Assembly (NCBI RefSeq): GCF_000013905.1
Contig: NC_007969.1
Coordinates: 1,350,001-1,382,000, forward strand
DNA length: 32,000 nucleotides
Reading direction: 5' to 3'
Origin: Psychrobacter cryohalolentis K5
Lineage (GTDB): Bacteria; Pseudomonadota; Gammaproteobacteria; Pseudomonadales; Moraxellaceae
The position numbers were made by a program, and so were the translations under genes. Shown here in pieces: positions 1-10,041 of this stretch; the first letter of the stretch is position 1, and each line of letters opens with the position of its first letter. The notes beneath the pieces are model-generated. The model had not been told where the DNA came from. It ran no database searches and saw only the letters and a program-made list of their open reading frames with translations.

Positions 1-25
1 TATTTAAAGAGCTTCTTTTGCAAAC

Positions 26-2302
26 CTAGATCTTACAAGCCCCGCCCGCACAATCATCTTCCATATCCGCTTGGGCATCGTTCGCACCATCACGAGTGTT
101 ATGATAGTACAAAGTTTTCACGCCAAGCTTATACGCGTTTAACAAGTCTTTTAGTAATATCTTCATTGGTACACGGCCGCCTTCATAACGAACAGGATCG
201 TAGTTGGTATTGGCAGAGATACTTTGATCAACGAATTTTTGCATGACAGCGACCAGCTTTAGGTAACCATCATTGTTTGGCATTTGCCATAGTAGCTCAT
301 ACTGATTTTTTAGCTTATTAATCTCAGGCACGACTTGCTTCAAGATGCCATCTTTTGACGCTTTGATAGAGACCAGACCGCGTGGTGGCTCGATACCATT
401 AGTGGCGTTGGCGATCTGACTCGAGGTCTCAGACGGCATCAAGGCGGTTAGGGTAGAGTTGCGTAGACCGTGCTCAGTGATCTCGCCACGTAGCGTTTCC
501 CAATCGAGATGTAGCGGCTCTTGGCAGATTTTATCCAAGTCTTTTTTGTACGTATCAATCGGCAAGATACCTTGTGAGTACGTCGTCTCATTGAACGCAG
601 GGCAAGCGCCTTGCTCTTTTGCCAATTTGTTTGACGCTTTCAAGAGATAAAATTGCAATGCTTCAAAGGTTTGATGCGTCAGACCAATGGCGCTGTCGTC
701 TGAATAGCGTACGCCATTCTTGGCAAGGTAATAAGCATAGTTAATCACGCCCACACCGAGCGTACGGCGACGCATGCTGCCGTTTTGAGCGGCTTTTACT
801 GGATAGTCTTGATAGTCAAGCAGGGCATCAAGCGCACGGACAATTAGCTCAGCTGGTTCTTCGATATCGCTGACGTTTTCGACTTTACCCAAGTTGACCG
901 CTGATAGCGTGCAAAGCGCGATTTCGCCTTCTTCGTCATTGATATTATCCAGTGGCTTCGTCGGTAGGGCGATTTCCATACATAGGTTTGACTGGCGAAT
1001 CGGCGCAACCGTCGCGTCAAATGGGCTATGCGTATTGCAATGATCGACGTTTTGGATATAGATACGACCCGTACTGGCGCGCTCTTGCATCATTAGACTG
1101 AACAAGTCTGCTGCTGGGATTTGACGGCTACGAATAGCAGGGTCATTTTCGTACTTGGTGTATAGCTCTTCGAACTTGTCTTGATCTTCAAAGAAAGCAT
1201 CATACAAGCCAGGGGTATCACCTGGAGAGAATAGCGAGATGTCTTGACCTTTTATTAGGCGAGTGTACATCGTTTTGTTTAACTGTACGCCATAATCCAT
1301 ATGACGGACACGGTTGTCTTCGACGCCACGGTTGTTTTTCAATACTAAGAGCGACTCAACTTCTAAATGCCATAATGGGTAGAATAATGTCGCAGCACCG
1401 CCACGGACGCCACCTTGTGAGCAGCATTTAACGGCTGTCTGAAACAATTTGTAGAATGGGATACAACCCGTATGCTGTGCTTCGCCGCCACGGATAGGGC
1501 TACCGAGGGCACGGATGCGACCAGCGTTGATGCCGATACCAGCACGCTGTGACACGTAGCGTACGATGGCGCTGGTGGTCGCGTTGATAGAGTCTAGGCT
1601 ATCACCACATTCGATAAGGACGCACGAGCTAAACTGGCGCGATGGCGTACGTACGCCTGACATGATAGGGGTTGGTAGTGAGATTTTGAATTCTGAAGTC
1701 GCATCATAGAAACGCTTCACATAGTTCATACGCTCTGATTTTTCGTAACGGCTGAACAAGCACATACCAACCAGCATGTACAAGAACTGCGGGCTTTCAA
1801 AGACGGTTTTGCTCACGCGATCTTGAACGAGGTATTTACCTGCCATTTGCTCAACAGCAGCATAAGCAAGGTTCATATCGCGCCAGTGATCGAGATACTC
1901 TTCTAACTCGTCAAATTCAGCACGGCTATAGTCCGCTAGGATATGCTGATCGTATTTTCCAGCATCAGTGAGTTTTTTAACGTGATCATACAGGTGCGGC
2001 GGGGTAAATTTATTATAAGCAATTTTACGTAAATGGAAGATAGCCAAACGCGCAGCTAAATACTGATAGTCAGGCGTATCTTCAGAGATAAGGTCAGCGG
2101 CAGATTTGATGATGGTTTCGTGAATATCACGAGTTTTGATACCTTCATAAAACTGAATGTGCGATTTTAGCTCCACTTGTGACACCGACACATTATCTAA
2201 ACCGTGAGCTGCCCACTCGATAACCTTGTGAATTTTATCTAACTCGATAGGCTCTAAACGTCCATCACGTTTGGTTACTTGGATTTTATCGATATGTGTC
2301 AT
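26..2302 (-). CDS. nrdA: Class Ia ribonucleotide-diphosphate reductase, alpha subunit
   Basis: The 758-aa ORF is colinear with E. coli NrdA as recalled. Matching elements are the N-terminal ATP-cone (VTKRDGRLEPIELDKIHKV), FSSCVLIECGDSLDSI, SNLCMEIALP, PSETSSQI and the C-terminal redox tail CAGGACKI. Confidence 0.97.
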   Translation of the reverse strand: MTHIDKIQVTKRDGRLEPIELDKIHKVIEWAAHGLDNVSVSQVELKSHIQFYEGIKTRDIHETIIKSAADLISEDTPDYQYLAARLAIFHLRKIAYNKFTPPHLYDHVKKLTDAGKYDQHILADYSRAEFDELEEYLDHWRDMNLAYAAVEQMAGKYLVQDRVSKTVFESPQFLYMLVGMCLFSRYEKSERMNYVKRFYDATSEFKISLPTPIMSGVRTPSRQFSSCVLIECGDSLDSINATTSAIVRYVSQRAGIGINAGRIRALGSPIRGGEAQHTGCIPFYKLFQTAVKCCSQGGVRGGAATLFYPLWHLEVESLLVLKNNRGVEDNRVRHMDYGVQLNKTMYTRLIKGQDISLFSPGDTPGLYDAFFEDQDKFEELYTKYENDPAIRSRQIPAADLFSLMMQERASTGRIYIQNVDHCNTHSPFDATVAPIRQSNLCMEIALPTKPLDNINDEEGEIALCTLSAVNLGKVENVSDIEEPAELIVRALDALLDYQDYPVKAAQNGSMRRRTLGVGVINYAYYLAKNGVRYSDDSAIGLTHQTFEALQFYLLKASNKLAKEQGACPAFNETTYSQGILPIDTYKKDLDKICQEPLHLDWETLRGEITEHGLRNSTLTALMPSETSSQIANATNGIEPPRGLVSIKASKDGILKQVVPEINKLKNQYELLWQMPNNDGYLKLVAVMQKFVDQSISANTNYDPVRYEGGRVPMKILLKDLLNAYKLGVKTLYYHNTRDGANDAQADMEDDCAGGACKI

Positions 2303-2476
2303 GCTGACCTCGTAAGTTGATTGCTTAATAGTTATTTACTGAATGACTTATTAGTGATGCCGCGCGGTGTAAGGACGCCAATCATGCTTTATAACGCGAT
2401 ATATATGCTCATGATAGAGTATTTTTTTGAGGCAAAATCTTGCCACGGCTCATGGTGATAGCTAAAATCACTGAGC

Positions 2477-2522
2477 ACTACATATAGCGTGTTTGTTAAT
2501 AGGTGGACACAATATAGCGGGA
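2477..2522 (-). promoter_or_regulatory. Candidate tandem NrdR boxes upstream of nrdA
   Basis: Two 16-mers, actacatatagcgtgt (2477-2492) and acacaatatagcggga (2507-2522), lie 30 bp apart and 175-220 bp upstream of the nrdA start. Each matches about 11-12 of 16 positions of the NrdR-box consensus acaCwAtATaTwGtgt as I recall it. Matching was done by eye only. Confidence 0.35.
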
Positions 2523-2754
2523 AAATTTTGAAAATGCTATATTGATTTTAGCGGCAAACTATGTTGCTGAGGGCTTATGGGTTGTCCGATTTTGGGCAAA
2601 GGACGATGGCATAAGGGTTAGACGCAAATGAGCTTGATAATAAATTTTTTGTAAAAATCTAATCACTCTTTGCTTTTTATTTTCTCGTAAATTGTTGACT
2701 AATAAAAGCAGTCATGACAATAATAATGCGGGCGCAGATTGTACATCAAACCAC

Positions 2755-2784
2755 AAAAAATCGCCACCCAAATGAGTGACGATT
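2755..2784 (-). terminator. Rho-independent terminator downstream of the DUF493 gene
   Basis: The minus-strand RNA reads aaucgucac-ucauuugg-guggcgauu, a 9-bp stem with one G-U pair, followed by UUUUUU. It lies about 80 nt after the stop at 2865. Confidence 0.6.
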
Positions 2785-2864
2785 GTCATTATCTTCAGTG
2801 AATTTACGCCCATGATAGTAGGATTTGATAGAGGGCAGCAAGAGACTGTCAACCCTATCATAAG

Positions 2865-3224
2865 TTACATCACAATGCGTACCGTCTTAGCCGCATCAAG
2901 AGACGCATATAGGGTATTGACTTGCTCAGCAGTCGTTAAGTATAAGTTCACCCGTATAGAATGAAAGCGTCCTGTTTTTGAAGGTTTGACCTGCATAGAG
3001 GCTAAGTCAAAATCCGGAAACTGGCTACCTAAAATGAGTTTGACTTCGTTCAACAAAGTCTCATGTTCACCTTCATTACCGATAATGCTCATCGGGTAAT
3101 TCATCGGAAAATCCCATAGCTCAGGATTTTGAATGTCGGTTTTTTTGCCTTTAATTTTGTCATTGCCCAACGATATTTGAGAGACGTTGACATCTTTTTT
3201 AGGATTTTGTTGATTATCGCTCAT
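2865..3224 (-). CDS. ybeD: YbeD-like DUF493 family protein with an N-terminal extension
   Basis: The C-terminal ~85 aa (ELWDFPMNYPMSIIG...KPSKTGRFHSIRVNLYLTTAEQVNTLYASL...VRIVM) follow the E. coli YbeD pattern as recalled (FP..Y.V.G...KPSS.G.YHS......EQVE.LY..L....R.V). Confidence 0.8.
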   Translation of the reverse strand: MSDNQQNPKKDVNVSQISLGNDKIKGKKTDIQNPELWDFPMNYPMSIIGNEGEHETLLNEVKLILGSQFPDFDLASMQVKPSKTGRFHSIRVNLYLTTAEQVNTLYASLDAAKTVRIVM

Positions 3225-3308
3225 GGGTGAGTCCTTAGTGCTATTTTATAATGGGGCTTGAGTCTTAAAATTGGCTAGTATTTTAACAAACGACTATCGA
3301 TTAACCAC

Positions 3309-3335
3309 AAAAAAGCTGAGACGCGCTCAGCTTTT
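3309..3335 (-). terminator. Rho-independent terminator after rpoD, symmetric and possibly bidirectional
   Basis: The sequence aaaaaa-gctgag-acgcg-ctcagc-tttt forms a GC-rich stem flanked by an A-run and a T-run. It lies about 70 nt downstream of the rpoD stop. Confidence 0.75.
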
Positions 3336-3402
3336 AGGCTCATATACTCTGCGATATATAAAGACAGTATGCTAAAAAGCTACTGTCTTTATAGGGGGCT
3401 TA

Positions 3403-5349
3403 TCAGTCATTTTCAAGGAAAGAGCGCAGATGCTCAGAGCGTGATGGATGACGCAATTTACGCAAGGCTTTTGCTTCAATCTGACGAATACGCTCACGCG
3501 TCACATCAAACTGCTTACCAACTTCTTCCAAAGTATGGTCGGTCGGCATATCGATACCAAAACGCATTTTGAGCACGCGTGCTTCACGCTCAGTCAAGTT
3601 GCCCAATACATCACGCGTCGCTTCACGTAGACCCGCAGCCGTCGCATCGTCAACAGGGCTTGAGATCGTACCATCTTCGATAAAATCACCTAGGTGTGAG
3701 TCTTCATCATCACCGATAGGGGTTTCCATTGAGATAGGCTCTTTGGCGATTTTTAGTACTTTACGGACTTTGGCTTCGTCCATCTCTAAGCGTTCGCCTA
3801 ATTCCTCAGGCGTTGGCTCGCGTCCCATTTCTTGTAGCAATTGACGAGAGACACGATTGATCTTATTAATCGTCTCAATCATATGCACAGGGATACGGAT
3901 GGTACGTGCTTGGTCAGCGATAGAGCGGGTGATTGCCTGACGAATCCACCATGTGGCATAAGTCGAGAACTTATAACCACGGCGATATTCAAATTTATCG
4001 ACGGCTTTCATCAGACCGATATTACCTTCTTGGATCAGATCCAAGAACTGTAGACCACGGTTTGTATATTTTTTGGCAATTGAGATAACGAGACGTAAGT
4101 TAGCCTCGACCATCTCTTTTTTGGCACGGCGGGCTTTGGCTTCACCAATAGCCATACGGCGCGCCACATCTTTCATGTCGTGGATTTCCATCTCGAGCTT
4201 ATGCTCGTAATCACGGATAGCACGTTGTAACAAGATAACATCGTCGGCGACTTTCTCTAACGTGGCAGCAAAAGCAGGCTTACCTTTAATACGCTCAATC
4301 AACCAATCAACGTTGGTTTCATTACTTGGAAAAGTCTTACGGAACTCTTCGCGCGGCATACGACCACGGCGAATCACCAAGCGCATGATTTGACGCTCAT
4401 GCTTACGCACGTCATCATAGACATCATGCATAATAGCCATGACTTGATCAGATAGACGGTTATTCAGCTTTAGCATCATAAAGCGGCTAGCCAGCTGCTC
4501 ATAAGCTTCATTGGCTTGTGCACTACCACGACCATAATCAAGTAAGGCTTGCTTGGCTTTAATAAATAGATGCTCGATCTCTTCTAGACGCAAGCGCACT
4601 TCTTCTGGATCGATACCGCTGGTTTCTTCTTCAGCGTCCTCTTCCACTTCCTCGTCGTCCTCCTCGTCATCATCAAGCCCAGATTTTACTTTGGCTTTTT
4701 CTTTGATGATCGGCGGGTTTTCTTTTTCTTCTTTGATGCGCTCGCGTTCTTCCTTCGCCGCTTCTTTGGCTTCTTGAGCAGCGATTTTGTCTTCTTCGGT
4801 TTCAGGGTCTAAGAAACCAGTGATAACGTCAGAAAGCTTTTTTTCGCCATCTTGGACTTTTTGGTACTCGTCAAGGACGAATTGTACCGTACCCGGCCAG
4901 TAAGACATGGCATGCTGTACGTCACGAATGCCTTCTTCGATACGCTTGGCAATGGCAATCTCGCCTTCGCGCGTTAATAGATCAACCGTACCCATCTCAC
5001 GCATATACATACGCACAGGGTCAGTGGTGCGACCAGGTTCGGTCTCAACAGAAGCTAGTACCGCTGCTGCCTCATCCGCTGCCATGTCATCATCACTTGA
5101 ATCATCGTTCATCAAGATGTCATCGGCATCAGGCGCAGATTCAAAGATTTTGATGCCAACGTCGGTTAGCATTTGTACAATATCTTCGATCTGATCGCTT
5201 TCGGTAATAGAGTCGGGCAGTTGGTCATTCACCTCAGCATAGGTTAAATACCCTTGCTCTTTACCCATTTGGATTAAGGTGGCCAGTTGAGATGTGGACT
5301 TAGAAACTGACTTATCGTTCATAAATACTCGCTTACTTGCATCGGACAT
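3403..5349 (-). CDS. rpoD: RNA polymerase primary sigma factor sigma-70
   Basis: The 648-aa ORF has regions 2-4 nearly identical to E. coli RpoD ([78 protein letters not shown]; C-terminus [16 protein letters not shown]). It carries an acidic non-conserved insertion. The start could instead be the Met 9 codons downstream. Confidence 0.97.
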   Translation of the reverse strand: MSDASKRVFMNDKSVSKSTSQLATLIQMGKEQGYLTYAEVNDQLPDSITESDQIEDIVQMLTDVGIKIFESAPDADDILMNDDSSDDDMAADEAAAVLASVETEPGRTTDPVRMYMREMGTVDLLTREGEIAIAKRIEEGIRDVQHAMSYWPGTVQFVLDEYQKVQDGEKKLSDVITGFLDPETEEDKIAAQEAKEAAKEERERIKEEKENPPIIKEKAKVKSGLDDDEEDDEEVEEDAEEETSGIDPEEVRLRLEEIEHLFIKAKQALLDYGRGSAQANEAYEQLASRFMMLKLNNRLSDQVMAIMHDVYDDVRKHERQIMRLVIRRGRMPREEFRKTFPSNETNVDWLIERIKGKPAFAATLEKVADDVILLQRAIRDYEHKLEMEIHDMKDVARRMAIGEAKARRAKKEMVEANLRLVISIAKKYTNRGLQFLDLIQEGNIGLMKAVDKFEYRRGYKFSTYATWWIRQAITRSIADQARTIRIPVHMIETINKINRVSRQLLQEMGREPTPEELGERLEMDEAKVRKVLKIAKEPISMETPIGDDEDSHLGDFIEDGTISSPVDDATAAGLREATRDVLGNLTEREARVLKMRFGIDMPTDHTLEEVGKQFDVTRERIRQIEAKALRKLRHPSRSEHLRSFLEND

Positions 5350-5875
5350 TTTTATATTGTGACTGGCTATCGCTCGCTGGGTGCGTTGATCTTATCAATC
5401 GATTGATCAAAATATGGCGTAAAGGTAGTCAATAATATCAAAAATGAGTGGATATGAATAAAGGCTCAAAATACTACAATTACAATGTTATAAAACCGCT
5501 AACGCTCAAAAATTTTCAAAAGGCTAATACCTAAAAATAAATATTTTAAAATACGCTTTAACGATAACATTTAAAAATTTATACCTAAAACTGTGCTCAA
5601 TCATACGGGCGTATCATCATTTTGTCGTTATTCATTAAGCCATGCTATAAATAGTTAGCGACATAGTTTAACACAGACCAGTGTAATCAAGCACGAGGTA
5701 GTGATATCTACCAACTGTTTTTTACTGATTATTTACCAGCTATTCCATGTTAAACATAGTTTTAATAACAGGCTGTTTTAATAAGCTAAGACAACAGTGC
5801 ATAATCATTAATAGTGGGGACAATGTCGACCCTTTTAAAGGGCAGCTGTTTTATAAATAAAATCTAATGACCATA

Positions 5876-8026
5876 TTAAGATTTGACCGTCGCCATTTGC
5901 GATGAGCGTTCGGCACGTTGTGCGCGTATCCAGTTACTTAGATGCTGTGCTTGCATATTAACTATCGCTTGTTTGATATGGTCAGGGTTTTTTATCAGCT
6001 CTTGCATCTTCTTTTTTATATTACGTTCGAGTAGCTGACTGACCAGCTCTTCAATCAAATCATCAAGACTTAGTACATTCCTTGTAGTTAATGCTTTATA
6101 AAACCCACCCCAGCTATTACTCAAAGTAGCTTGGTTCATTGGACTAAGATTTGATAATACAAAATGGGCTGCCGCATTAGCATCTATTGGCAGATGCTTC
6201 ATGCAGCGCTTGATGGCAGTGACTATGTCTAATAGCGCCGTATCTTGCAAATCTTCCCATGTAATTGCACGTAATGCATCGTTAGCAGATTTTTTCTGGA
6301 TATGAGCCGGTAATTTTAAGTTAATAAGCCCTGATTGTTGCCAGATCCACTCAACAGGGTCTTCAAGTAGTGCGCGCGGCTGGAATAAAAAGCACAGCTG
6401 CAACTGCTGGCTGATGGTCATGTCGCCATCAAAATCTAGCAGCGCGTCTTTTGCCTCGACATTCTGACTGCGTTTACCGCCTAGCTTTTGATAAATGTCA
6501 TTGTTAAGCAAATACTTAAAACTACTGCCTTTGGGTAATGCCATGGTTAATGCGCGTACTTGGGACATGAGCTTGGCTTTACCTTCTACCAAAGTCAAAT
6601 CATGACGTTCACTCAAATAGGCAAAAATATACTGTGATAGCGGCATGGCATTAGCTATTTGCTCACGCATGGCATCACCGCCCTGACTTTTGATAAAGGT
6701 ATCAGGGTCATGATTATTGGGCAGTGTTAAAAATCTTAGCTCTTTATCATCACTGAGCACTGGCAAAGCCACTTCAAGCGTGCGCCAAGCGGCTTTTTGT
6801 CCGGCGCTATCACCATCAAAGCTTAAGGTTAATGTTGGATTTAGCGTTAATAGCCGTGAGATTTGGCTCTCATTAATCGCCGTACCCATCGACGCAATGG
6901 CACCATAGATACCTGCTTGATAAAGAGCAATCACATCCATATAGCCTTCGACTACCAGCCAGTTGTCAGCACGCTTTTGGCGTGACTCATAATAGCCATA
7001 TAATACGTGCTGCTTATGAAAGACGGGCGAGTCGGAGGAGTTGATATATTTGGGTTTCACTTCATCATCAAGCGCACGACCACCAAAACCAATCGTGCGT
7101 CCTTGATTGTCTCGAATTGGGAAAATAACCCGATCACGGAGCAGGTCATAATCGCGTCCAGATTCTGATTGGCGTACTAAACCAAGCGCCTTTAGACCTT
7201 CGATATCTTGTGGGAACTGATGCTCAAGATGTTGCCAACCAAAAGGCGCGTAGCCCAAGCCAAAAGTTTCGAAGATTTCATCGCTAATACCGCGCGATAA
7301 GAAGTAATGCTTAGCATGAGGGTGAATGCTGAGATTATGTTGATAAAACTGCTGTATCTGCTCTAGCAGCTCATATAAGTTGCCATCTTTATCAGAGATA
7401 CTATTATCATTGTAGAGAGCAGTATTATCATCACCGGTTAACCATGCAGGCGGATAGCCATTGTCATCTTGATAATGAGCATCATAGCCATCCATTACAT
7501 AAGGAACGGCATCGTAAGCATCTAACGGTGGGTAATTGTCATAACTATGGTGGTCATCATAAATGGGCGGCTGGGTATCATCAGCTGGCATGATTATGGA
7601 TGACTGATTATTGCTTACTGGCTGACTATCATTTTTTCGCAGATGCGTTGCCGATGTTGCTGGCTTAACAGCAGATTTTGGCTTGGATTTTGGTTTAACT
7701 GGGGCACGCTGATAGCTGACGTTTTGCTGTTCTTCTTTTGGGACTTCAATGCCCGTCTGCTTGGACAGCTCATTGACCGCTTCGATAAAGGTGAGATTTT
7801 CATAATCACGTAAAAAACTGATGGCGTTACCACCGACACTACAGCCAAAGCAGTGGTAGATGTTTTTTTGTGGATTGACATAAAAAGACGGCGACTTTTC
7901 ACCATGAAAAGGACAGCAGCCTTTAAACTCACTACCAGCACGTTTAAGCGTAGTATGACGCCCAATGATACTGACTAAATCAGCTTGGCTATTTAATTGT
8001 TCAAGAATGTGATTTGGGATACTCAT
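5876..8026 (-). CDS. dnaG: DNA primase
   Basis: The 716-aa ORF has a CHC2 zinc finger (CCPFHGEKSPSFYVNPQKNIYHCFGC), TOPRIM motifs (VVEGYMDV, FDGDSAG) and a C-terminal helicase-interaction region. It contains an extra linker of about 120 aa (see findings). Confidence 0.95.
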   Translation of the reverse strand: MSIPNHILEQLNSQADLVSIIGRHTTLKRAGSEFKGCCPFHGEKSPSFYVNPQKNIYHCFGCSVGGNAISFLRDYENLTFIEAVNELSKQTGIEVPKEEQQNVSYQRAPVKPKSKPKSAVKPATSATHLRKNDSQPVSNNQSSIIMPADDTQPPIYDDHHSYDNYPPLDAYDAVPYVMDGYDAHYQDDNGYPPAWLTGDDNTALYNDNSISDKDGNLYELLEQIQQFYQHNLSIHPHAKHYFLSRGISDEIFETFGLGYAPFGWQHLEHQFPQDIEGLKALGLVRQSESGRDYDLLRDRVIFPIRDNQGRTIGFGGRALDDEVKPKYINSSDSPVFHKQHVLYGYYESRQKRADNWLVVEGYMDVIALYQAGIYGAIASMGTAINESQISRLLTLNPTLTLSFDGDSAGQKAAWRTLEVALPVLSDDKELRFLTLPNNHDPDTFIKSQGGDAMREQIANAMPLSQYIFAYLSERHDLTLVEGKAKLMSQVRALTMALPKGSSFKYLLNNDIYQKLGGKRSQNVEAKDALLDFDGDMTISQQLQLCFLFQPRALLEDPVEWIWQQSGLINLKLPAHIQKKSANDALRAITWEDLQDTALLDIVTAIKRCMKHLPIDANAAAHFVLSNLSPMNQATLSNSWGGFYKALTTRNVLSLDDLIEELVSQLLERNIKKKMQELIKNPDHIKQAIVNMQAQHLSNWIRAQRAERSSQMATVKS

Positions 8027-8091
8027 GCGAAAAACAGTTTACCATAGGTGCAATATTGTTGATGCTCAAAATAATGCAAAAACCAAAACAG

Positions 8092-8128
8092 AAAAAATAA
8101 GGCCAACCGTATCGTTGACCTTATTTTT
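8092..8128 (-). terminator. Rho-independent terminator after bamD
   Basis: The sequence aaaaaa-taaggccaac-cgtatc-gttgacctta-ttttt forms a 10-bp stem with one mismatch, flanked by an A-run and a T-run. It lies about 80 nt downstream of the bamD stop and separates bamD from dnaG. Confidence 0.6.
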
Positions 8129-8204
8129 AGTTGACGTCTGACGCCATGACAGCGTTATTGATTACAGCGCATAAACGCTGTTAATCAATCATACCAAAAT
8201 ACGA

Positions 8205-9284
8205 TTAATTGCTATCGGTCATATCGATGCTGTCATTTTCAACCGCCCCTAAGCGTACACGGCGATTGTCATCAGTCAGACGCAGCGGAGAAGTGCTGCT
8301 TGGCGCTGCTGTATTTGCCGCATTGTCGCTTGGCAATCTCAGTTGAGTGGCATTGCGAATGACTTGAGTTTTGGTCGCACCGCTATAATTGCCAGTCGAA
8401 ACTGTGGTGTCTTTATCAAAACGACTCAGCTGTCCAAAAGTTAGTTTGTTCACTAGAGAACGCTCACGTTTGGTATTGAGCTTGACACGTCCATCAGCGC
8501 TTAGCATGTTCGGATAGTTAATTTGCAATAAAGTTTTATACTCGTTTGCTAAATCAGTTAGACCTAATTTTTCATGGCTATAAGCAAGGACGGCAATCGC
8601 ATCTGGCACAGATTCGCTGAGTGGATAATATTGAAAGACCCATTTGGCACGATTGACAGCAGCTACATAAGCTTCACGCTCAATATACCAATTAGCAGCG
8701 CTCATCTCACTTTCGGCAAACTGATTATAAATAAACGTCATGCGCTGAGCGGCATCAGGTGCGTAAGGACTGTTTGGATATTTGTTCAACAGCTCTTGGA
8801 AATTGGCGAAAGCAATACGGTAGTAAGCAGTATCGCGCTCCGCTTGGTTGAGCTTAAACAGTTTTAAACCCTCAGACGAGCCTTGCATATTGGCAACGCC
8901 GCGCACATAGTAAGCGTAGCTCACTTGCGGGTTAGACGGATAAAGACGAATGAACTGCTCAGCACTGGCAGCCGCAGTTTCATATTTACCACTGGCATAT
9001 TGTGCATACATCATATCGAGCAAAGATTGCTCGGCATATTGTCCAGTCGGATAAAAAGTGCGCAAGTTGGTTAAATCTTCGATCGCTTGGGTATAGCGAC
9101 CTTTATCAATCTGAGCAATCGCGTCATTATAGTACGCTTGCTCTGACTTCTCAGCAGTGACCACTGCATCCACGTCTTTACCGCCGGTGAGGTTTTTAAA
9201 GGTTTGACAACCCACTAAGTTGACACTTAGGGCAAGTAAAGTGATTGAGGACAGTTTGATAAACGTATTGCCAACAGCTTGCAT
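8205..9284 (-). CDS. bamD: Outer membrane protein assembly factor BamD (YfiO/ComL family lipoprotein)
   Basis: The TPR-like core is colinear with E. coli BamD as recalled (FIRLYPSNP..YAYYVRG, YPNSPYAPDA, NWYIEREAYVAAVNR). The ORF track extends to 9374. I prefer ATG 9284 because GGAG lies 7 nt upstream and it yields a lipoprotein signal, MQAVGNTFIKLSSITLLALSVNLVG|C. A C-terminal extension of about 110 aa follows the core. Confidence 0.88.
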   Translation of the reverse strand: MQAVGNTFIKLSSITLLALSVNLVGCQTFKNLTGGKDVDAVVTAEKSEQAYYNDAIAQIDKGRYTQAIEDLTNLRTFYPTGQYAEQSLLDMMYAQYASGKYETAAASAEQFIRLYPSNPQVSYAYYVRGVANMQGSSEGLKLFKLNQAERDTAYYRIAFANFQELLNKYPNSPYAPDAAQRMTFIYNQFAESEMSAANWYIEREAYVAAVNRAKWVFQYYPLSESVPDAIAVLAYSHEKLGLTDLANEYKTLLQINYPNMLSADGRVKLNTKRERSLVNKLTFGQLSRFDKDTTVSTGNYSGATKTQVIRNATQLRLPSDNAANTAAPSSTSPLRLTDDNRRVRLGAVENDSIDMTDSN

Positions 9285-10041
9285 ACTTCTTCTCCGACAC
9301 AAGACGTATAATAGCAGCGACGCTATCATACTATTTAGTAGATTGATGATAAAAAACGATGCTTGGTGCATCAATAATGGTCTATCATTTTACATGCCAA
9401 TCACTAAGCATGCGTATTATTATAAAAACATGCTCATTAAAAAACATAGTTATTAATTTATTAAAAATTTACTCTGTAAACATGTTACGCAATAAGGCGT
9501 GCATCACATGTAAAGCTTTTATAAAAGAGCTGCAATAACAACACAGTGCCATAGCATACAGCAAAACATGGCTTACTTTATAGAATAACATTTGCTGCGT
9601 CTATTTTTTCATGAGCTATTTTGTAGTTAGGCGTACCGCTGGCTTATTCTATAATGCATTTTTATTCAGCGATACCTTAAGTACATTCCAATAATATAGT
9701 ACAACGTCTGAATCGCCACGCTTATCAGGATTGCGCCCGCTAGTTTAGCATGAGCGGTTGCAACGGGCGATATTCAATAGTGCTGACAGTGACAAATATA
9801 CAGTAAATTACAGCCATGTTATATTTTAGAGAGCTAATGAGTGTTATAAATTGCCAGATAACATGCAGCTTCTATAGGGCTTAAACGTTCAGCATGTTAC
9901 ACTAGAGCGATATTATTGCCATTTTTGACCACGATTATTATTTATGGTCTATAAGTGCCAATCTGTTTTCTTATGAAGTGCTCCGACTGAACATAGTCAG
10001 AGGCTTTACTATATATAAATCTGCTATGAATACATGATGCT

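Noticed and set aside
459-1545. Short ORFs 459..650 (+) and 1363..1545 (-) inside nrdA
   Set aside because: They lie entirely within the high-confidence nrdA CDS, either antisense or off-frame, and their products are low-complexity. They are typical shadow ORFs.
3369-5194. Plus-strand ORFs 3369..3572, 3448..3630, 3569..3844, 3841..4053, 4553..4777 and 4907..5194
   Set aside because: All are antisense to rpoD. The Ser-rich 4553..4777 product is simply the complement of the acidic rpoD insertion. No independent support exists.
6717-7965. ORFs 6717..6908 (+) and 7615..7965 (-) within dnaG
   Set aside because: They are antisense or off-frame shadows of dnaG.
8574-9456. Plus-strand ORFs 8574..8867, 8883..9074 and 9220..9456, and the N-terminal 30 codons of the 389-aa bamD ORF (9285-9374)
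   Set aside because: The first two are antisense to bamD. ORF 9220..9456 spans the bamD start and AT-rich DNA and has no SD. The upstream bamD extension lacks an SD and would bury the lipoprotein signal, so ATG 9284 is preferred.
9712-9771. GC-rich island with nested helices (atcgcc...ggcgat; ccgct...agcgg) in the otherwise AT-rich bamD-rluD spacer
   Set aside because: It could be a structured RNA, but I could not match it to any known RNA family and there is no promoter or terminator context. Evidence is too weak to call. RNA-seq or covariation analysis would be needed.
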